Source: a virus
Lineage: Duplodnaviria > Caudoviricetes
Length of the DNA: 57,322 nt
Direction: 5' to 3' (one strand)
Virus record (IMG/VR): IMGVR_UViG_3300046028_008890
Span: 1-57,322 of that record
How positions within the stretch are numbered: position 1 is the stretch's first letter; each line of letters begins with the position of its first letter. This document shows, piece after piece, positions 28,278-38,452 of this stretch. The notes below the pieces were generated by a model, which was not told the DNA's origin, made no database searches, and saw only the letters and a program-made list of their open reading frames with translations. The translations under genes and the position numbers were made by a program.

Positions 28278-28586
28278 ATGCCAGCAATAACATATACAGG
28301 ATCATTTTCAGTTTCATTTAAAAATGAACAACCAATATACGAACATGAGGTTCGTTGTTTGGTAAAGGAAAGTGATTTTAATTTATCTTACAATCCAACA
28401 CTAGTAACTAATTACGCTAGTGGATCTGTAAAAGATTTTGCTACTGGCTCTGATTTTTACACCTATGCTACTGCGTTAGGATTATATAATGATAATAATG
28501 AATTATTAGCTGTTGCTAAATTTGGTAAACCAATGTTAATGTCACCTGATACAGATATGACGTTTGTTGTTAAATACGATACATAA
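28278..28586 (+). CDS. tail protein C-terminal module, paralogous to the C-half of 23890
   Basis: GLYNDNNELLAVAK; 34-bp identity between 24713-24746 and 28477-28510. Confidence 0.8.
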   Translation: MPAITYTGSFSVSFKNEQPIYEHEVRCLVKESDFNLSYNPTLVTNYASGSVKDFATGSDFYTYATALGLYNDNNELLAVAKFGKPMLMSPDTDMTFVVKYDT

Positions 28587-29002
28587 TGATTAAATTATTA
28601 GACTTAATAGAAGCTAAACAAGTAGGTATATTATATCATTTTACAAATAGTTCTTTTATTAATAGTATAAAAGAAAAAGGTATAAAATTTGAACCTGATA
28701 ACTCAGGACTTTATCCAAATCAATTTTATATTGCTGCTACTAGAGATAAAAGTGGAAAAGGTTTATTTAAATATTTAGATTATAAAGATTTAAATGTTAG
28801 GATTACATTAGATGGAAATAAAATATCTGAAAGATATAAAATTGAACCAATTAATGTAGAGAATATATGGAATAAAGATGAGTTTGAAGAAGAAGGAACA
28901 CCTATTATTTCTAAATTTACTGAATTTTTTGAAGAAAGAATATTATCTAATAGAGAAGGTTACTTAGATCCTAAATATTTCATTAATATTGAAAGTGTTT
29001 AA
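28586..29002 (+). CDS. hypothetical protein, possible ADP-ribosyltransferase-like fold, with MIKLL leader
   Basis: LYHFT...SI...G and a late EER motif; functional call is weak. Confidence 0.5.
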   Translation: MIKLLDLIEAKQVGILYHFTNSSFINSIKEKGIKFEPDNSGLYPNQFYIAATRDKSGKGLFKYLDYKDLNVRITLDGNKISERYKIEPINVENIWNKDEFEEEGTPIISKFTEFFEERILSNREGYLDPKYFINIESV

Positions 29003-29011
29003 ATAAATTTT

Positions 29012-29464
29012 ATGAATAATTGGTTATGGCATCTCGATGACGGAAGTTTAGATGAATTTCCTGAAGAACACACTGAAGGTTATTATGGTTTTACTTATAT
29101 AATTACTAATTTGGAAACAAATAAATTTTATATAGGTAAAAAAGCATTCTTACATAATAAAAAGAAAAAACTCACTAAAAAAGAAATTGCTGAACATACA
29201 GGTGTTGGTCGTAAACCAACAACCCGAGTTGATAAAGTAGATAGTGGGTGGAAATCATATTATGGTTCATCTAAAGAACTATTAGCTGATGTTAAATTAT
29301 TAGGTGAAGATAAGTTTCAACGTGTTATATTAAATTTTGCTAAAAATAAAAAACAACTTACATTTCTTGAATTAAGAGAACAAATAGTACATAATGTATT
29401 GTTTATTGATAATAGTTACAACGACAATATAGCAGGTAAGTACTTTCGCAAAGATTTTGCTTAG
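29012..29464 (+). CDS. GIY-YIG endonuclease
   Basis: GFTYIITN...FYIGKK...W.SYYGSS...YNDNI. Confidence 0.8.
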   Translation: MNNWLWHLDDGSLDEFPEEHTEGYYGFTYIITNLETNKFYIGKKAFLHNKKKKLTKKEIAEHTGVGRKPTTRVDKVDSGWKSYYGSSKELLADVKLLGEDKFQRVILNFAKNKKQLTFLELREQIVHNVLFIDNSYNDNIAGKYFRKDFA

Positions 29465-29490
29465 GCAAAATTATTTCATATATTGAGAGT

Positions 29491-30432
29491 ATGGATAATA
29501 CAGCTCTACTATTCTTAATTGAATCAGTACTAGGTAAAGGACAATCAACAAGTAAAGGCAATTATGCTTTTAAGTGTCCATTCTGTACACATCATAAACT
29601 AAAATTAGAAATTAATTTACGTACAACAGCTAAACGTGAAAATTTTTGGCATTGTTGGATTTGTAGTGCTAAGGGTAAAACATTACTTTCATTATTTAAA
29701 AAGATGAAAGCCCCAGATAATAAAATAGGAGAACTTAACATCCTAATAATCCCAGATAATACTAAAAATATTGAATTAGGTGCTGTACAATTACCTAAAG
29801 AATTTATTTCATTAATTGATATAACTAAATTAGATAAAATATTACAAATTGAAGTAAAGCACGTTTTGAAATTTCTTAAGTCACGTGGTTTAACTCAAGA
29901 CGATATAATTAAATACAATATTGGTTTTTGTAAAGATGGTAAATATGGAGGTCGTGTTATTATCCCTTCATATGATAATGATAAAAAATTAAATTATTTT
30001 ATAGCTAGAGATTATAAAGGTGAAACACCTCAAAAATACAAAAATCCACCAGTGGCGGCTAAAGACGTTATTGGTTTTGAACTATATATAAATTGGGATG
30101 CACCAATCATACTTGTTGAAGGTATGTTTGATGCATTAACAATTAAACGTAATGTTATTCCTTTATTTGGAAAGGTAATACATGGTAAATTAATGGAAAA
30201 ATTAGTTAAATCTTCTGTTGATAGAATTTATATTGCTTTGGATCAAGACGCTAGACGTGATGCTTTAAAACAAGCTGAAATGTTAATGTCATACGGTAAA
30301 GAAATATATTTGGTAGAAATGGAAGGTAAAGATGCTAATGAAATAGGTTTCGAAAATTTTTTAAACAATATTGAGCAAACACAACCACTGAATTTTCAGA
30401 GTTTGCTTGAAAAAAAATTACAATTATTATGA
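29491..30432 (+). CDS. DNA primase (Zn finger plus TOPRIM)
   Basis: CPFC..CWIC; VEGMFDA; DQD. Confidence 0.9.
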   Translation: MDNTALLFLIESVLGKGQSTSKGNYAFKCPFCTHHKLKLEINLRTTAKRENFWHCWICSAKGKTLLSLFKKMKAPDNKIGELNILIIPDNTKNIELGAVQLPKEFISLIDITKLDKILQIEVKHVLKFLKSRGLTQDDIIKYNIGFCKDGKYGGRVIIPSYDNDKKLNYFIARDYKGETPQKYKNPPVAAKDVIGFELYINWDAPIILVEGMFDALTIKRNVIPLFGKVIHGKLMEKLVKSSVDRIYIALDQDARRDALKQAEMLMSYGKEIYLVEMEGKDANEIGFENFLNNIEQTQPLNFQSLLEKKLQLL

Positions 30433-31214
30433 TTATTGACAGAAATGTAAACATTATTAAAGACCCTAAAATTAAGCGTCTTGTAGAATATAGCGAAGGT
30501 GATAAACAAGTAAATGTTTTAGATAGTAGATTTTATAAACGCAACGATAAATATTACCCTTCAGTTACATCAGTATTAAATTATTTTCCTAAAAACCAAT
30601 TTTTTCATGCTTGGCTTAAAGATGTAGGACATAATTCCGATATTATTGCTTCTAAAGCAGCAAACGAAGGTACACAAGTACATAATGCTATTGATCGTTA
30701 TTTAAATGGAGAAGAAATTCAATGGATAGATGAATATGGTAAAGCACAATATTCACTTGATGTTTGGAGAATGATTCTTAAATTTGCCGATTTCTGGACA
30801 ACACATAAACCCGAACTAATAGTAACTGAATATCATTTATTTTCAGATAATCATGAATACGCTGGTACAGCGGATTTAATTGTTAAAATTAATGGTAAAG
30901 TATGGTTACTTGATATTAAAACATCTAATTCACTTCATACATCTTATGGTTTACAATTAGCAGCATATGCTGTTGCCTGGAATGAAACCCATAATCAATT
31001 AGTTGAAGATACAGGAGTATTGTGGTTAAAAGCATCTACTCGTGGTGAAGGTAAAGGAGATACAATTCAAGGTAAAGGATGGCAATTAAAACAATATGGT
31101 GGAATTGCTACTAATTTTAAGATGTTCCAAAACATATATGAAATATACAAAATGGAAAATCCTGATTTTAAGCCTATGACTTTACTATTACCCACATCAG
31201 TAAAATTAAATTAA
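30429..31214 (+). CDS. PD-(D/E)XK exonuclease
   Basis: PSVTSVL, GTQVH, GTADL, DIKTS, QLAAY. Confidence 0.85.
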   Translation: MIIDRNVNIIKDPKIKRLVEYSEGDKQVNVLDSRFYKRNDKYYPSVTSVLNYFPKNQFFHAWLKDVGHNSDIIASKAANEGTQVHNAIDRYLNGEEIQWIDEYGKAQYSLDVWRMILKFADFWTTHKPELIVTEYHLFSDNHEYAGTADLIVKINGKVWLLDIKTSNSLHTSYGLQLAAYAVAWNETHNQLVEDTGVLWLKASTRGEGKGDTIQGKGWQLKQYGGIATNFKMFQNIYEIYKMENPDFKPMTLLLPTSVKLN

Positions 31215-31227
31215 GATATTTATCTGT

Positions 31228-31914
31228 GTGAATCAACAATTAACCATAGTAATTCCTTGCAAAAATGAAGGTAAAGGAATAATTGATTTATTAAAAATAA
31301 TATTATCTCAAATTGATTGTAAAATAATAATAGCGGATTCCTCAACTGAGGAATCTTCTATTTTGTTATTAAAAAAATATAAATCAATATATAAAAATAT
31401 AGAAGTAATTGAAGGTGGATTACCTGCCATAGCCCGCAATAATGGAGCTAAATTAGTAACAACACCCTATATTTTATTTCTAGATGCTGATATTTTTCCA
31501 GAACAAAATACAATTAAAGGATGTATCAGACGTGCTATTAAGGGTAAATATGATCTAGTTACTTGCAAATATAAAACAGATAAAAAATATAACTGGCTAT
31601 ATAGAGTATTTGATCTGTTCCAGTGGTATAGTTCAAAAACAAAACCATTTGCTTTAGGTGGTTTTATGTTATTTAAAACAGAAACCTTTAATAATTTAAA
31701 AGGATTCAATGAAGAAGATAAAATTGCCGAGGATTATCACCTCAGTTCCAAAATTAAACCTAATCGTTTTAAAATCACAAACAATTACGTTTATACTTCA
31801 AGTAGAAGATTTGATAAAAAAGGTGTATGGTATATGATTGTGCTGGCTTGGAAATCATGGTTAAACAGAAATAATGATGAATTTTTTAAACAAGACTTTA
31901 ATTATTGGGAATGA
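31228..31914 (+). CDS. glycosyltransferase family 2
   Basis: IVIPCKNE, ARNNGA, FLDAD, AED. Confidence 0.9.
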   Translation: MNQQLTIVIPCKNEGKGIIDLLKIILSQIDCKIIIADSSTEESSILLLKKYKSIYKNIEVIEGGLPAIARNNGAKLVTTPYILFLDADIFPEQNTIKGCIRRAIKGKYDLVTCKYKTDKKYNWLYRVFDLFQWYSSKTKPFALGGFMLFKTETFNNLKGFNEEDKIAEDYHLSSKIKPNRFKITNNYVYTSSRRFDKKGVWYMIVLAWKSWLNRNNDEFFKQDFNYWE

Positions 31915-32657
31915 AAAATTACAAGGCAATAATAGTTTCTGATTTACATTTAGGTACTAAAGATTCTAAAGCTGAAGAGTTTTTAGAGTTTTTAGATAAT
32001 CACCCCACTGATCTTTTAATATTAAACGGCGATATTATTGATGGTTGGGCTTTAAATAGAGGAAGCAAATGGAAAAAACAACATACTAAAGTATTAGGTA
32101 AAATATTGAAACTATCTAATAAAATACAAGTAATCTGGATTAGAGGTAACCATGATGAATTCTTACAAGAATTTATAGGTAATCATTTTGGTGGTATTGA
32201 ATTTAGAGAAGATTATAAAATTGAATACGCAGAACATATTGAGTATGATAATTGGGAGAGAAAATGTTACTATGTTTTTCATGGTGATATAATTGATGTG
32301 TTTATAACAAAATATACATGGTTATCTAAAATTGGTGCTGTTGGATATGATATAGCATTAACTTTAAATCGTTGGTATAACAAATATCGTAAATGGCGTA
32401 AATTACCATATCAATCAATATCTCAAAAAATAAAAAATAGTGTTAAAACTGCTACTAATTATGTTAATGATTTTGAAACTACAGCATTAAAAATGGCAGA
32501 AAAGAAAGGGTGCGATGGGGTTATGTGTGGTCATATACATCAACCTGAAGATAGAATAATTAATGGTAAGAGGTATCTTAATAGTGGAGATTGGGTGGAA
32601 AATATGAGTGCTATACTTATTGATACACACGGAAAAATTCACATTTATAATAATTAA
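31911..32657 (+). CDS. calcineurin-like metallophosphoesterase, LpxH-like
   Basis: SDLHLG, GDIID, GNHD, HGD, GHIH, NSGDW. Confidence 0.85.
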   Translation: MKNYKAIIVSDLHLGTKDSKAEEFLEFLDNHPTDLLILNGDIIDGWALNRGSKWKKQHTKVLGKILKLSNKIQVIWIRGNHDEFLQEFIGNHFGGIEFREDYKIEYAEHIEYDNWERKCYYVFHGDIIDVFITKYTWLSKIGAVGYDIALTLNRWYNKYRKWRKLPYQSISQKIKNSVKTATNYVNDFETTALKMAEKKGCDGVMCGHIHQPEDRIINGKRYLNSGDWVENMSAILIDTHGKIHIYNN

Positions 32658-32660
32658 ATT

Positions 32661-32786
32661 ATGCACAAAATTGTAGATTTGTTATTTAATTTTAACACAG
32701 GTAAAAAAATTAACCTTGAAAGAGATATAGCATGGGGTTTTATTACGTTTTTTTTAATTTTTACTTTAATTAAATTAATTGCATAA
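32661..32786 (+). CDS. 41-aa membrane peptide (not in ORF track)
   Basis: MHKIVDLL...WGFITFFLIFTLIKLIA. Confidence 0.45.
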   Translation: MHKIVDLLFNFNTGKKINLERDIAWGFITFFLIFTLIKLIA

Positions 32787-32847
32787 TTAAAATAATCAAT
32801 ATTTATAGGTAGCTTGGATTGTCCATGCTACCTATTTATGTTTAATT

Positions 32848-33819
32848 ATGATCAAATTACTTAACCTAGCTAAGCAAATACTAAAAGAAGGTGGTAACGT
32901 ATTCGGTACTACAGACTCAATTGAAAAAGATAATATTGAACCTACAATTGAAAAATTTGTAGAGCAATTATCCCAAGTATTCCCAGCTAAAGCATCAACA
33001 TTTACTGCATTTGAAAAACTAGGTTCAGCAGGTAAAAAAGCAGTATCCGGTGATATTGATTTATCATACGATATTAAAAATATATTTCCTGGTGGTAAAC
33101 CTGATTTTAAAGGTTGGGGTGTAGATGAAAATAAATACAACGAATTATTAGCTCAATTTACTAAGAAAGCTAGAACAGCATCTCCTGAAAAACTTCAATT
33201 ACGCGCTATGATTGTGTTAATTGGGGATAAAATTAATGATACTTTACCTGATGTTGAAGTAGATCTTAAAGCATCAGGTGCCGGATCATTATTCTGCGCC
33301 ATACCTCAGTATGGCCCTGATGGTGAACAAGTAGGTAAAGCCGTTCAGACTGACATTAATGTAGGTAATCCTGAATGGTTACGTTTTAGTTATTATTCCC
33401 AATCATATGAGGGAAATGTTAAAGGTTTGCATCGCACACAATTAATGTTGGCTTTATTCTCTAATAAAGGTAAATCATTTGGTCATACTACAGGTGTTGT
33501 TGATAAAGAAAGTGGTAAACAAGAAGCATCTAATCCTAAAGAAGCTATCGATTTATTAAATCAACTATATGGCTTTAATTTAACTCAAGATATTCTAGAT
33601 GATTATTTTAAGTTAGAAGATTTTATGAGGAAAAATATATCTAAAGAAGAATATAATTCTATTATAGATAGATACCTTAAAATACTTGATTCAACTCGAG
33701 CAGATATACCAAATAATTTACAAAAATATTGGATTGAAAATCAAGACAGATTAGGATTAAAAGGTAAATTTTTACCGGATAATTCAAATTTAATTCCTTA
33801 CCAAAAAGAAAAAGCCTAA
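32848..33819 (+). CDS. pol-beta-fold nucleotidyltransferase-like protein with MIKLL leader
   Basis: LGSAGKK..SGDIDL and a downstream QTD aspartate. Confidence 0.65.
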   Translation: MIKLLNLAKQILKEGGNVFGTTDSIEKDNIEPTIEKFVEQLSQVFPAKASTFTAFEKLGSAGKKAVSGDIDLSYDIKNIFPGGKPDFKGWGVDENKYNELLAQFTKKARTASPEKLQLRAMIVLIGDKINDTLPDVEVDLKASGAGSLFCAIPQYGPDGEQVGKAVQTDINVGNPEWLRFSYYSQSYEGNVKGLHRTQLMLALFSNKGKSFGHTTGVVDKESGKQEASNPKEAIDLLNQLYGFNLTQDILDDYFKLEDFMRKNISKEEYNSIIDRYLKILDSTRADIPNNLQKYWIENQDRLGLKGKFLPDNSNLIPYQKEKA

Positions 33820-36800
33820 TGTCTGGAAGTGCCGGTGGAAATAGAATTACTAGAGCTTCTGTTGCTAAAACAGTAGATAATTATATCAACAGGATATTAA
33901 AGAAATTTCCTGCTTTTAAAAGTGCTAAAGTATCAGGCTCATATAATACAAGCGCTAAAGAAGACTTTGGTGATATTGATTTAATTGTTAATTTAGAAGC
34001 AACTGATAAGAAAAATATTAAAGTAGAATTAGCTAAATTCCTATCTGCTCTACCAGATAATATTATTGTTCCTTTTAAAAGTGAAAAATATAAAGGTAAA
34101 AAATATCTAAACACAGGAGAAATAATCACTATACTATATCCTATAGAAGGACAACCAGGTGAATATGTTCAAATAGATAATATTGTTTCTATTAGTGATG
34201 ATGAAGCTGAATTTAAAAAAGAATTTTTAGATTATCCTGCTGAAATACAAGGATTATTATTAGGATTATCTAAAGTAATATGTTTGGAAGAAGATCCTAA
34301 AGCAATATTTGCTCGTATGGGTATTAAAAATATACCTGAACTTGAAGCGAATCAAGAATACGAATTCAATTTATCAAGCGCCGGATTAACACTACGTATC
34401 GTAACATTAGATAATTTTAAAGAAGTTGACCGCACTGAAGTATGGAAAACTAGTAATTGGTCCAATATCAAGCGGTTATTTACCAACTACAAAATAGATG
34501 GTAGCTTTGAAGATCTATTAAATGATATATCATCTAAGACAAAAAACATACGCTCAAAAAATCGCATTAAAGGTATTTTTAATTCGATGGTGTCTATTAA
34601 AAGTGGTGAAGTAGGTACACCTAAAGGCGATAATAAACAAAAATCATTAGATAAAGTGAATAACACATTAACTGAAACTAATTTAGGTAGGTATCTCGCC
34701 TCATTATTATTAGAGCAAGACCAACCAACAATAGCCCTATACCCAGGTAAATTCAAACCTCCACATAAAGGTCATTTTGAAGTAGTAAAGAAATTACTAC
34801 AGAATGCTGATCAAGTAGTTGTTTTAATTTCTCCTAAAACACATGAAGGTATTACTGCAGATGAAAGTGCTGCTATATGGGAATTATATAAGCAAAAATT
34901 AGATGGTAACGTTGAAGTAAGAATATCTGGTATTACTCCTGTTAAAGATGTATATGATTTTGTAGAAAATAATCCTGAGTTGACAGTATATGCTGCTTAT
35001 GGTAAAGGTGATGAGGGTAGATATGAGAGATTAAAGAAATACCCTAACGCTAAAATATTCAATGCTGGGTCAGTAACTGAAGATGGTGAAGATATAAGTG
35101 CTACTAATCTTAGAAAAGCAATACGTGATGAAAATGAAGGTGATATAAGAAAATATTTACCTGATGGAATTGAAGTAAATGACTTTTTAAGAGCCATAGG
35201 TAAAGAAACAAAAGAAGAACCACAACCTACACCTGCTCCTACCGCTCCTGTAGCCCCAGTAACTGAGAGGAAATATCAGAATCAAGATGATATGTTTGCT
35301 GATTATGTTTTATCTAGAGAGGCAGATGTTGAAGATACCGCTCAAGCATTCAATATACCAATCCCAGACGTAAGATATGCTTTTACAGTAGGTAATATGG
35401 TAGTAATGTCTGACGATATGTGGGATAAGTTAGAAAATAAAAATCATGAAGACGAAAATAGTGAAATTAGTGGTCCTCCTATGATTTTAAATTATGATCA
35501 AGATAGATATTATTTAACATATGGTAGTCGTATATTAGCTGATTATAAAAAATTAAATAAAATACCTAAAGTATTGTTGGGTGTTTTAGATTTAAAAGGT
35601 CCTAAACCTTGGCCTTTAAAAGAATACTCTCAAGGCACCATTAATGATCTAGTAACTAAATTTAAACAAGAAAAACCTAATTTAGGAGCAGATATTATCA
35701 AAGCATATATTAATCGTTTTGATCAAATTAAAAGCAAACCAGAAGTAGCTAATAAAGATATCACAACATATAGTTGGAAAGAATTAGAAACTATAGTTGA
35801 TGCTAATCAACCTAAGCGTATTAAGGCAGGTAAAATAAATGATGGTGAACCTAGCAAAGATGCTAATCTAGTCTATAACCAAAATGGATTAAGAATATAT
35901 GTTGGTAAAACTAAAAATGCCTGTATTAAATACGGTAATGGATACTCATTCTGCATCTCAGCTCGTGGAGAAGATAATTTATATCATGATTATAGAATAG
36001 AAAATAATGGAACACCATACTTTGTGTTTGATGATACAAAATCATCTGAACAAGATGAAAATGGAAAATTTATAGATCCAACTCATTTGTTAGTAGTATT
36101 TATACATGAATATCCTGAATTAGCCGATGACTATAATGATGATGAAGAAACCAATTACATCAGATATAATGAACCTAAAGTATATTACACTGTAACTACT
36201 GCAGACAATCAAGGAGAAGAAGAATATGGGGCTTTTGAAGATGACAGTAAAGTATTTGACCCAGTAGTGGGTGATTATCCTGAACTTAAAGGGCTAAAAG
36301 ATGTATTTAAGCCTATAAAAATAGATCCAAAAGAAAAAGCAGAATATAATCTTGAGAGAAAATATAATGATAAATTTGATAAAATTTATAATAGATATGG
36401 CAGTCAGTGGAGAGGTGATCATATTTATAATAATTATAATTTTTCCGGCATTATACAGGCTAATAAACTTATTGATGAATTTATAAATAATAAAATAGAA
36501 TCATATAATTTTATTGGAATTCTTAAAACTGAAGCGGTTAATGACTATCGTACTGAATCAATAAGACAATCTAGAATTGTAAAAACAGGAAGTCAAACAA
36601 GTTTAGAACATCAAAAGAAAAAATTTATAGAACAAATAATTATACCTCAGTATAATGGATCTGATAAGAACCATAATATTGAAGATGATTGGATTATAAA
36701 GTATCAAAAGGAAGATTTTTCAAATCCTATGTATAAAGATTATTTTAAAGATATTAAACAATTAGTTGACGAATATAGAAATGAATTATCTAAACTAAGA

Positions 36801-37196
36801 TTAATGAAAGAAGGTTTAGAACGTAAAACCAAATTAACTGAAAGCGAAACTGGTACTATAGGTGAATTTGTAAAGTATGCAATCAAAAACTTGGAAATAC
36901 AAAAACCTCCACGTAACTTAACCTTCTCATACGATAATGCGGCTGCTAAGGAGAAAAGGAGTTTTGGTTATTTTGATCCGAATGCTAATAAGATATGGGT
37001 GTACTGCGGGAATAGAAATATGGCTGATATATTAAGAACATTAGCACATGAATTAGTACATCGTAAGCAAGACGAAGACGGACGTATTAATTACGAAAGC
37101 GGAAAAACAGGAAGTGAAATAGAAAACGAAGCAAATGCTCAAGCAGGAGTCTTATTAAGAGATTTCGGCAAACAACACGAAGAAATATATCAATAA
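33819..37196 (+). CDS. multidomain protein: nucleotidyltransferase, HxGH cytidylyltransferase-like, domain shared with 39574, HExxH zincin
   Basis: GSY..DFGDIDL; PGKFKPPHKGH..ISATNLR; LAHELVH. Confidence 0.75.
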   Translation: MSGSAGGNRITRASVAKTVDNYINRILKKFPAFKSAKVSGSYNTSAKEDFGDIDLIVNLEATDKKNIKVELAKFLSALPDNIIVPFKSEKYKGKKYLNTGEIITILYPIEGQPGEYVQIDNIVSISDDEAEFKKEFLDYPAEIQGLLLGLSKVICLEEDPKAIFARMGIKNIPELEANQEYEFNLSSAGLTLRIVTLDNFKEVDRTEVWKTSNWSNIKRLFTNYKIDGSFEDLLNDISSKTKNIRSKNRIKGIFNSMVSIKSGEVGTPKGDNKQKSLDKVNNTLTETNLGRYLASLLLEQDQPTIALYPGKFKPPHKGHFEVVKKLLQNADQVVVLISPKTHEGITADESAAIWELYKQKLDGNVEVRISGITPVKDVYDFVENNPELTVYAAYGKGDEGRYERLKKYPNAKIFNAGSVTEDGEDISATNLRKAIRDENEGDIRKYLPDGIEVNDFLRAIGKETKEEPQPTPAPTAPVAPVTERKYQNQDDMFADYVLSREADVEDTAQAFNIPIPDVRYAFTVGNMVVMSDDMWDKLENKNHEDENSEISGPPMILNYDQDRYYLTYGSRILADYKKLNKIPKVLLGVLDLKGPKPWPLKEYSQGTINDLVTKFKQEKPNLGADIIKAYINRFDQIKSKPEVANKDITTYSWKELETIVDANQPKRIKAGKINDGEPSKDANLVYNQNGLRIYVGKTKNACIKYGNGYSFCISARGEDNLYHDYRIENNGTPYFVFDDTKSSEQDENGKFIDPTHLLVVFIHEYPELADDYNDDEETNYIRYNEPKVYYTVTTADNQGEEEYGAFEDDSKVFDPVVGDYPELKGLKDVFKPIKIDPKEKAEYNLERKYNDKFDKIYNRYGSQWRGDHIYNNYNFSGIIQANKLIDEFINNKIESYNFIGILKTEAVNDYRTESIRQSRIVKTGSQTSLEHQKKKFIEQIIIPQYNGSDKNHNIEDDWIIKYQKEDFSNPMYKDYFKDIKQLVDEYRNELSKLRLMKEGLERKTKLTESETGTIGEFVKYAIKNLEIQKPPRNLTFSYDNAAAKEKRSFGYFDPNANKIWVYCGNRNMADILRTLAHELVHRKQDEDGRINYESGKTGSEIENEANAQAGVLLRDFGKQHEEIYQ

Positions 37197-37246
37197 GTTA
37201 TGGAGCAGCACATCATGTTCTTTAAATATTTTACATATTTATTGAT

Positions 37247-37843
37247 ATGATAGGAATATATAAAATAATAAATCCAAATAATAAAGTTTATATTGGTCAA
37301 TCTACAAATATAGAAAGAAGATTTAAACAATATAAAAGTTTAGATTGTAAACGTCAACCTAAAATATATAATTCATTTTTAAAATATAATGTTGATAACC
37401 ATCAATTTGAAATAATAGAAGAATGTACTATAGAGCAACTTAATGAACGTGAAGTTTATTGGAAACAACATTACAATGCTATCAATGACGGTTTAAATTG
37501 TGAATTATTTGATAATAGTGAAGGCCCTAAATCTGAAGAAACAAAGCAAAAATTAAAAAAACCTAAACCTGAAGGATTTGGCGAACGAGTAAGTAAAAGT
37601 AAAATAGGTCATGTTTGTTATCAAAACAGTGAACGAGGAGAAAAAATTAGTAAAACATCTAAAGGTAAACCTAAACCTGAAGGGTTTGGAAAAGAACAAA
37701 GTATACGCCTTAAAGGAATATCTCGATCTGAAGAGACTAAATTAAAAATGAAAAAACGTTATAAAGCCTACAAAAAAAGAGTAGGAAAACCTAGAGGAAA
37801 ATATAAAAAAACACAGTTATGGGAAACGAATCAAAACTTATAA
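37247..37843 (+). CDS. free-standing GIY-YIG homing endonuclease (Seg-like, NUMOD3-type tail)
   Basis: GIYKI...YIGQS..IERR...E..W; SEETKQK repeats. Confidence 0.9.
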   Translation: MIGIYKIINPNNKVYIGQSTNIERRFKQYKSLDCKRQPKIYNSFLKYNVDNHQFEIIEECTIEQLNEREVYWKQHYNAINDGLNCELFDNSEGPKSEETKQKLKKPKPEGFGERVSKSKIGHVCYQNSERGEKISKTSKGKPKPEGFGKEQSIRLKGISRSEETKLKMKKRYKAYKKRVGKPRGKYKKTQLWETNQNL

Positions 37844-38406
37844 AAGATTGGAAGGAAAAGGATGTGCAACGAATGCGCAATATCATTACTAAAGACTATA
37901 CAGCCAAAACAACTACTCAAATCGGTTATTCTAAAGCTCAAATTGACCATAAAGAGGGTGATATATGGGATGAGAATGGTAAACAATGGACCATTAAAAA
38001 CGGCATTAAACAAACGGTTACGCGCTTCGATAAATTAAAAGAATCTATCCATCTACCATTAATCTGCCCCAAATGTAGTAAAGCAATGCGTGGTGATAGA
38101 TTAAATAAAAAAATGTGGCCTATCCATAAAATGTGTTTTGATTGTGTTATATCAATGGAAACCCAACTTAAAACTACAGGCCATTATGAAGAATACGCCC
38201 GTGGTTTAATAACAGGTGGTGTTAAAGCTCATATTAAAGATTTAGAAGATGTTATGTTAGAGTTAGCATTAAACGATAATAATGAAAGTTTCATTACTGA
38301 AGCTGGTGATATTGAGAAATGGGCTGGTAAGGGTGTAGATAAGCAAAAAATCACCACAGAACTACAAGAATACATACAGAAACTCAAAGAACATATTGAG
38401 TCTTGA
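37819..38406 (+). CDS. hypothetical Zn-finger protein
   Basis: CPKC...HKMCFDC. Confidence 0.75.
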   Translation: MGNESKLIKDWKEKDVQRMRNIITKDYTAKTTTQIGYSKAQIDHKEGDIWDENGKQWTIKNGIKQTVTRFDKLKESIHLPLICPKCSKAMRGDRLNKKMWPIHKMCFDCVISMETQLKTTGHYEEYARGLITGGVKAHIKDLEDVMLELALNDNNESFITEAGDIEKWAGKGVDKQKITTELQEYIQKLKEHIES

Positions 38407-38452
38407 TATTTATAGGTAATGATTTACTAATCGAATCAATCTATTAAATACG

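Noticed and set aside
30429-31214. Cas4
   Set aside because: No Fe-S cysteine cluster or CRISPR context; ordinary phage PD-(D/E)XK exonuclease next to primase
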